Shown piece by piece: positions 60,456 to 64,000 of a DNA stretch of 64,000 bases; position 1 is the stretch's first letter, and each line of letters starts with the position of its first letter. The DNA comes from Gemmatimonadota bacterium (GTDB lineage Bacteria; Gemmatimonadota; Gemmatimonadetes; Gemmatimonadales; GWC2-71-9). The notes under the pieces were generated by a model. It did not search any database. It was not told the origin of the DNA and was given only the letters and a program-made list of their open reading frames with translations. Where the stretch lies: contig QHTZ01000071.1 in the NCBI GenBank assembly GCA_003221005.1, positions 16,443 through 80,442 on the forward strand, read 5' to 3'. The position numbers and the translations under genes are program-made.

Positions 60456-61157
60456 TCACCCAACCATCCCCGCAAACTCCTGCGCCAGCTTGGGCCCGAT
60501 CCCCGACTCCTCGTGCTTGAAGAACACGAAGGCGTCGTTCCAACCCCGCCCCAGCTCCCGCACCGTCTCGGCCCACTTCGCGAGCGCCTCCTTGCTGTAG
60601 CCCTCGTCGCGCAGCCGGAAATACCCGAAGTCCGCCGTGACCTCGAGGGGCGTGGTGGCCTCCTCAGTATCGGCGATGCACAGGGCGGCATTCCGGCCGC
60701 GCAATAGGCCATACACGTCGTCCGAGAACCAGGAGGCGTGCCGGAACTCAAAGGCGCACCGCACGCCCGGGGGGATCAACGGCAGCACGTCACGCAGGCG
60801 GTCGGCGTCCTTCTTGAAGTTCGGGGGCAGCTGAAACAGCAGGGGTCCGAGCTTGGGGCCGAGCGCGGCGGCGGTGTCGCAAAAGTAGGCGAGGGGCTTG
60901 TCCACGAACTTGAGCCGGGAATCGTGCGTGATGCGCTTCGGTGCCTTCAGCACGAAGGTGAACTGCGGCGGCGTCGCCTCGCTCCACCCGGCGATGGTTT
61001 TGGCGTTGGGCATCCGGTAGAATGTGTAGTTGATCTCGACCGTGGGCAGCCGCTCGGCGTAATAGCTGAGCATCCCAGAGGCTGGCAGCTTGGGCGGATA
61101 GAACGGCCCCTTCCACGCGGGGTAGTTGTAGCCGGACGTACCGACCAGGACGCGCAT
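60456..61157 (-). CDS. DUF72 (YecE-like) family protein
   Basis: VGTSGYNYPAWKGPFYP, LSYYAERLPTVEINYTFY, LFQLPPNF and FEFRHASW match DUF72. I prefer ATG 61157 (MRVLVG). Confidence 0.85.
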   Translation of the reverse strand: MRVLVGTSGYNYPAWKGPFYPPKLPASGMLSYYAERLPTVEINYTFYRMPNAKTIAGWSEATPPQFTFVLKAPKRITHDSRLKFVDKPLAYFCDTAAALGPKLGPLLFQLPPNFKKDADRLRDVLPLIPPGVRCAFEFRHASWFSDDVYGLLRGRNAALCIADTEEATTPLEVTADFGYFRLRDEGYSKEALAKWAETVRELGRGWNDAFVFFKHEESGIGPKLAQEFAGMVG

Positions 61158-61210
61158 TGCGCATAATGTGGAACCGCAGCGTGACCGGCGGCAAGCGAAG
61201 GGAGCCACCA

Positions 61211-61624
61211 ATGCGAAGAGCGCGTGTCATCCTGATCGCCGCCGCGGCGCTGGCCGCGGCGTGCGATGCCGCGATAAACCGCGTCATCGGCATCGTCGGT
61301 TCGGGCGGTACCGCAACCCACCTGACGTTTACGGTCCAGCCCACGAGCACGACCGCAGGTCTCGTGATCACCCCCGCCGTCGTCGTCGTCGCGCAGAACT
61401 CGAGCGGCAACGCAGACACGACGTACACGAACAGCGTGACCGTGGCGATCGGCGCCAACCCCGGCGGCGGCACGCTCTCCGGGACCAGCACGGTGACCTC
61501 GTCGCGCGGCGTGGCCACGTTCAGCAACCTGAGCATCAACAAGGCCGGCACGGGCTACACGCTCACCGCCGCGGCTCCGCTAGTGACGTCGGCAACGAGC
61601 GCTACGTTCACCATCACGCCGTAG
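61211..61624 (+). CDS. Lipoprotein with a bacterial Ig-like domain
   Basis: ATG follows GGGAG. The lipobox is LAAAC. HLTFTVQPTSTTAGLVITPAVVVVAQNSSGN...VATFSNLSINKAGTGYTLTA is typical of Big-like domains. Confidence 0.6.
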   Translation: MRRARVILIAAAALAAACDAAINRVIGIVGSGGTATHLTFTVQPTSTTAGLVITPAVVVVAQNSSGNADTTYTNSVTVAIGANPGGGTLSGTSTVTSSRGVATFSNLSINKAGTGYTLTAAAPLVTSATSATFTITP

Positions 61625-61692
61625 TACCGAGGCAGCCGAGCCCACCCTTTCAGGGTGGGAATCCGCACAGCGTCGGCATTACTGTTAGACCC

Positions 61693-63243
61693 ATGCCGGC
61701 CGAGCGAGACCTTCCCCGCCTGTCAAAGTCGCGATTCCTCGCTGGCCTCCAGTGTCACAAGCAGCTGTGGTGGCGCGTGCACGAGCCCGACGCCCCGGAG
61801 CTCGCGCCGACTCCCGACCTGCAAGCGCGGTTCGAAGCCGGGAAGCGGGTGGGGGAGGCGGCACGCGGGTACGTCCCGGGCGGCGAGCTGATCGGCTTCA
61901 GGCACTTCGAGTTCGAGCGCAAGCTCGCGGCGACCCATGCGGCGCTCGACCACACAGCCCCCGCGATCTACGAGGGTGCGCTGGCCTCCGACGACGCGTA
62001 CGCGGTGGTGGACATCCTGGAGCGGGGAGACCGAGGCTTTCAGCTGATCGAAGTCAAGTCGTCCACCGACGTGAAGCCCGAGCACATCCCCGACGTGGGG
62101 ATGCAGACCTATCTCGCGCGCCGCAACGGCATCGCGGTCGAGCGGGCCGAAGTGATGTACCTGAACCGCGAGTGCCGCTACCCGGATCTCTCGAACCTGT
62201 TCGTGCGCCGCGATGTGACGCCCCTCGTGGAAGGCTTCCTCCCCACCATGCCCGACGAGATCGCCGCGCAGCTGGCCGCGCTCGGGGGCCCCCTTCCCGA
62301 CGTGCCGATCGGGGACCACTGCTTCGAGCCGTACGAATGTCCGTTCATGAAGCGCTGCTGGCCGGCATGGCCCGAGGATCACGTGAGCAAACTGTACGTG
62401 ATGCGGCGCCGGGCGCTCGAGCTCGAGGCGGAGGGTTACCACACGCTGCGCGACCTGCCCGGCCAGTTGAAGCTCAGCCCCATCCAGGCACGGCAGGTGC
62501 GCGCGGTGAAGGCGGGCGCCCTCCTGGTGGAGGAATCACTCGCCGAGGCGCTCGTTCCGTTCGAGCCGCCTCTCGCGTTCCTCGACTTCGAGACCGTGAG
62601 CCCCGCGATCCCCGTGTGGAACGCGTGCCGCCCCTGGGACAACGTGCCGGTGCAGTTCAGCGTGCACATGCAGCGGGTCGACGGGGGGTACGCGCATCAC
62701 GCCTGGCTCGTCGAGGGGCCGGGAGACCCACGGCCGGAGCAGGCGGAGCGCCTAGTGGCGGCGTGCGCGGGCGCGCAGGCGATTGTGGCCTACAACTCGT
62801 CGTTCGAGCGAGGCTGCATTCGGCTGCTGGCGGATGCCGCGCCCCACCTCGCGCGCGAGCTGGGACTGCTCGAGCTCAAGCTGGTGGACCTGCTCCCGGT
62901 CGTGCGCAATCACATCTATCACCCGAAGTTCGGTGGGAGCTTCTCGCTGAAGAACGTGCTGCCGGCGCTGGTGCCGGACTTGAGCTACGACGACCTGGAG
63001 ATCAAGGACGGCGCGACCGCGACGCTGGCGCTGTGGCGGCTGGTGTTCGAGCCGGAGTACTTCGGGCAGCGCGAGCGCGCGCGCGTTCGACAGGCGCTGC
63101 TCGCCTACTGCGAGCGCGACAGCTGGGCCACGGTGAAGCTGTTAGAGCGGCTGCGGGCGCTGGCGGGCCTACGGGCGGCGGAGGTGATTCCTCCCGCTGG
63201 CGCACCGCCTGGTGGAGCCGTGCAGCTCGAGCTGGGGCTGTAG
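61693..63243 (+). CDS. DUF2779-like protein: Cas4/PD-(D/E)XK nuclease with Cys cluster fused to a DEDD-type exonuclease-like domain
   Basis: N-terminal LSKSRFLAGLQCHKQLWW; PD-(D/E)XK core VVDILE...LIEVKSS; Cys cluster CFEPYECPFMKRC. The C-terminal half has LAFLDFETVS, AYNSSFERGC and YCERDSWAT (Exo I-III-like). I prefer ATG 61693. Confidence 0.7.
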   Translation: MPAERDLPRLSKSRFLAGLQCHKQLWWRVHEPDAPELAPTPDLQARFEAGKRVGEAARGYVPGGELIGFRHFEFERKLAATHAALDHTAPAIYEGALASDDAYAVVDILERGDRGFQLIEVKSSTDVKPEHIPDVGMQTYLARRNGIAVERAEVMYLNRECRYPDLSNLFVRRDVTPLVEGFLPTMPDEIAAQLAALGGPLPDVPIGDHCFEPYECPFMKRCWPAWPEDHVSKLYVMRRRALELEAEGYHTLRDLPGQLKLSPIQARQVRAVKAGALLVEESLAEALVPFEPPLAFLDFETVSPAIPVWNACRPWDNVPVQFSVHMQRVDGGYAHHAWLVEGPGDPRPEQAERLVAACAGAQAIVAYNSSFERGCIRLLADAAPHLARELGLLELKLVDLLPVVRNHIYHPKFGGSFSLKNVLPALVPDLSYDDLEIKDGATATLALWRLVFEPEYFGQRERARVRQALLAYCERDSWATVKLLERLRALAGLRAAEVIPPAGAPPGGAVQLELGL

Positions 63244-63244
63244 G

Positions 63245-63802
63245 TCACCTCGCCCGCTCGAGGTACTCCCCCACTCGCGGGTCCACCCGCACTCGGTCGC
63301 CCTCGTTCACGAAGTCCGGGACCTGCACCGTCACACCGTTCGAGAGCTTGGCGGGTTTGGTGCTCGCCGTCTTCGTGGCGCTCCGCATCACGGGCGCCGT
63401 CTCGACCACGTCGAGCTCGACCACCGACGGGAGCTCGATCGCGATGGGGCGGCCGTCCAACCACTCGACTTGCACCACCATCTCGGGTTGCAGCCACGGC
63501 CCGGCATCGAGCACGGTATCGTCGTCGAGCGTGTGCTGCTCGTAGTTCTGGAGGTCCATCACGTGGACCCCCGCGGCGTCGCGGTACAACACCTGGAACT
63601 CCTTGGTGTCGAGGCGCGCCTCCTCCAGGAAGTCGGTGGCGCTCACGCGGGTGTCGAACGTGTTTCCCGTGACCAGGTTGCGCAGACGCAATTGGACGAA
63701 CGCGCGCAGGTTGCCGGGCGTGCGATGGGTGAATTCCATGACGCGACACGGCTGCCCGTCGATGAGGATGACGTGCCCGCGGCGGATGTCGGTGGCTTTC
63801 AT
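63245..63802 (-). CDS. efp: Elongation factor P family protein with a non-canonical beta3-beta4 loop
   Basis: Collinear with E. coli EF-P (recalled from memory) over all three domains (…GEYLERAR at the C-terminus). The loop reads HRTPGNLRAF where EF-P has FVKPGKGQAF. I prefer ATG 63802 (MKATDIRRG). Confidence 0.8.
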   Translation of the reverse strand: MKATDIRRGHVILIDGQPCRVMEFTHRTPGNLRAFVQLRLRNLVTGNTFDTRVSATDFLEEARLDTKEFQVLYRDAAGVHVMDLQNYEQHTLDDDTVLDAGPWLQPEMVVQVEWLDGRPIAIELPSVVELDVVETAPVMRSATKTASTKPAKLSNGVTVQVPDFVNEGDRVRVDPRVGEYLERAR

Positions 63803-63920
63803 GCGGGCGGGAAGATAATCGCGCGGCACCCGGAATCAACGGGGCCGCGTGACCGCACCGCGGCTTGACGCGGGTTCCCCGCCCGCGCATGGTACGCGCC
63901 TGCCCATCGGGAGCCACGCT

Positions 63921-64000
63921 ATGAGCCGATCCACGACTGCGACGCTGCTGCTGGCCGCCACACTGTCCGCGGCAAACGCCGCTGCCCAGCGCCAGGCGCG
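63921..64000 (+). CDS. Secreted protein, N-terminal fragment (runs off the right window edge)
   Basis: GGGAG lies 7 nt upstream of the ATG. MSRSTTATLLLAATLSAANAAAQ looks like a signal peptide. Confidence 0.4.
   Translation, partial: MSRSTTATLLLAATLSAANAAAQRQA

Noticed and set aside
61752-63545. A 597-aa + strand ORF overlapping DUF2779 (out of frame) and running antisense into efp.
   Set aside because: Its composition is extremely Arg/Ala/Gly-rich, while the competing frames encode recognisable nuclease and EF-P motifs.
1-64000. A search for mobile elements, prophage genes, tRNA/rRNA genes, toxin-antitoxin pairs and classical defence systems.
   Set aside because: I recognised no transposase, integrase, recombinase, phage structural gene, tRNA-like cloverleaf or rRNA segment by eye. 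Apart from acs and short promoter patches, the composition looks uniform. A computational scan (tRNAscan-SE, Infernal, ISEScan, DefenseFinder) would be needed to exclude them formally.

Overview
A 64-kb, high-GC (roughly 65-70% by eye), very densely coded bacterial chromosomal segment. I support about 65 protein-coding genes. Many are joined by ATGA/GTGA/TTGA start-stop overlaps, and many convergent pairs share their 3' ends. I recognised no rRNA, tRNA, CRISPR array, transposase, integrase or prophage gene. The gene content (two about 1000-aa sortilin/BNR proteins, DPP-IV, an ECF sigma with a CBM48-type anti-sigma, DsbA+VKOR) resembles Gemmatimonadota- or Acidobacteriota-like soil bacteria, but this is a low-confidence inference. 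Recognisable content, left to right:
- STAS, CheY-like regulator and ccmABCD
- a compositionally atypical AMP-forming acetyl-CoA synthetase
- kup and DsbA/VKOR
- a pgsA, beta-barrel, OsmC, beta-barrel operon
- a cNMP-binding protein, a degenerate AdoMet-decarboxylase-like protein and DoxX
- argJ, and an ECF sigma/anti-sigma module
- a DUF255 thioredoxin-like protein, CDGSH and DUF5679 small proteins, and HmuY-like plus pruA
- three histidine-kinase-related genes and a LuxR-type regulator
- a possible envelope metal-handling operon
- PEBP, aguB and aguA, an MFS transporter, DPP-IV and gltB
- a nucleoside transporter, gabD and dinB
- a ligD/ku NHEJ locus with EVE and alpha/beta-hydrolase genes
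- a Vgb-like beta-propeller, DUF72, DUF2779 and an EF-P homologue
I found no clear-cut novel system. The items most worth a second look are:
1. A promoter, an about 190-nt leader and a canonical intrinsic terminator 24 nt upstream of gltB. The terminator, a possible anti-terminator and the ribosome-binding site share the element GGAGCGGG.
2. An operon encoding a polytopic WDxSWH membrane protein and a secreted protein with an N-terminal His (YcnI-like) plus two FxHLHP domains.
3. An AdoMetDC-fold protein that lacks the catalytic residues and is translationally coupled to DoxX.
4. A MerR-HTH/TPR gene coupled to ku whose reading frame is broken.
5. An in-frame 87-nt heptad palindrome in the ligD interdomain linker.
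6. An EF-P with Asn at the normally modified Lys/Arg loop tip.
All family assignments come from motif recognition by eye and from memory. No database search was run, and start codons in this GC-rich DNA are often ambiguous.
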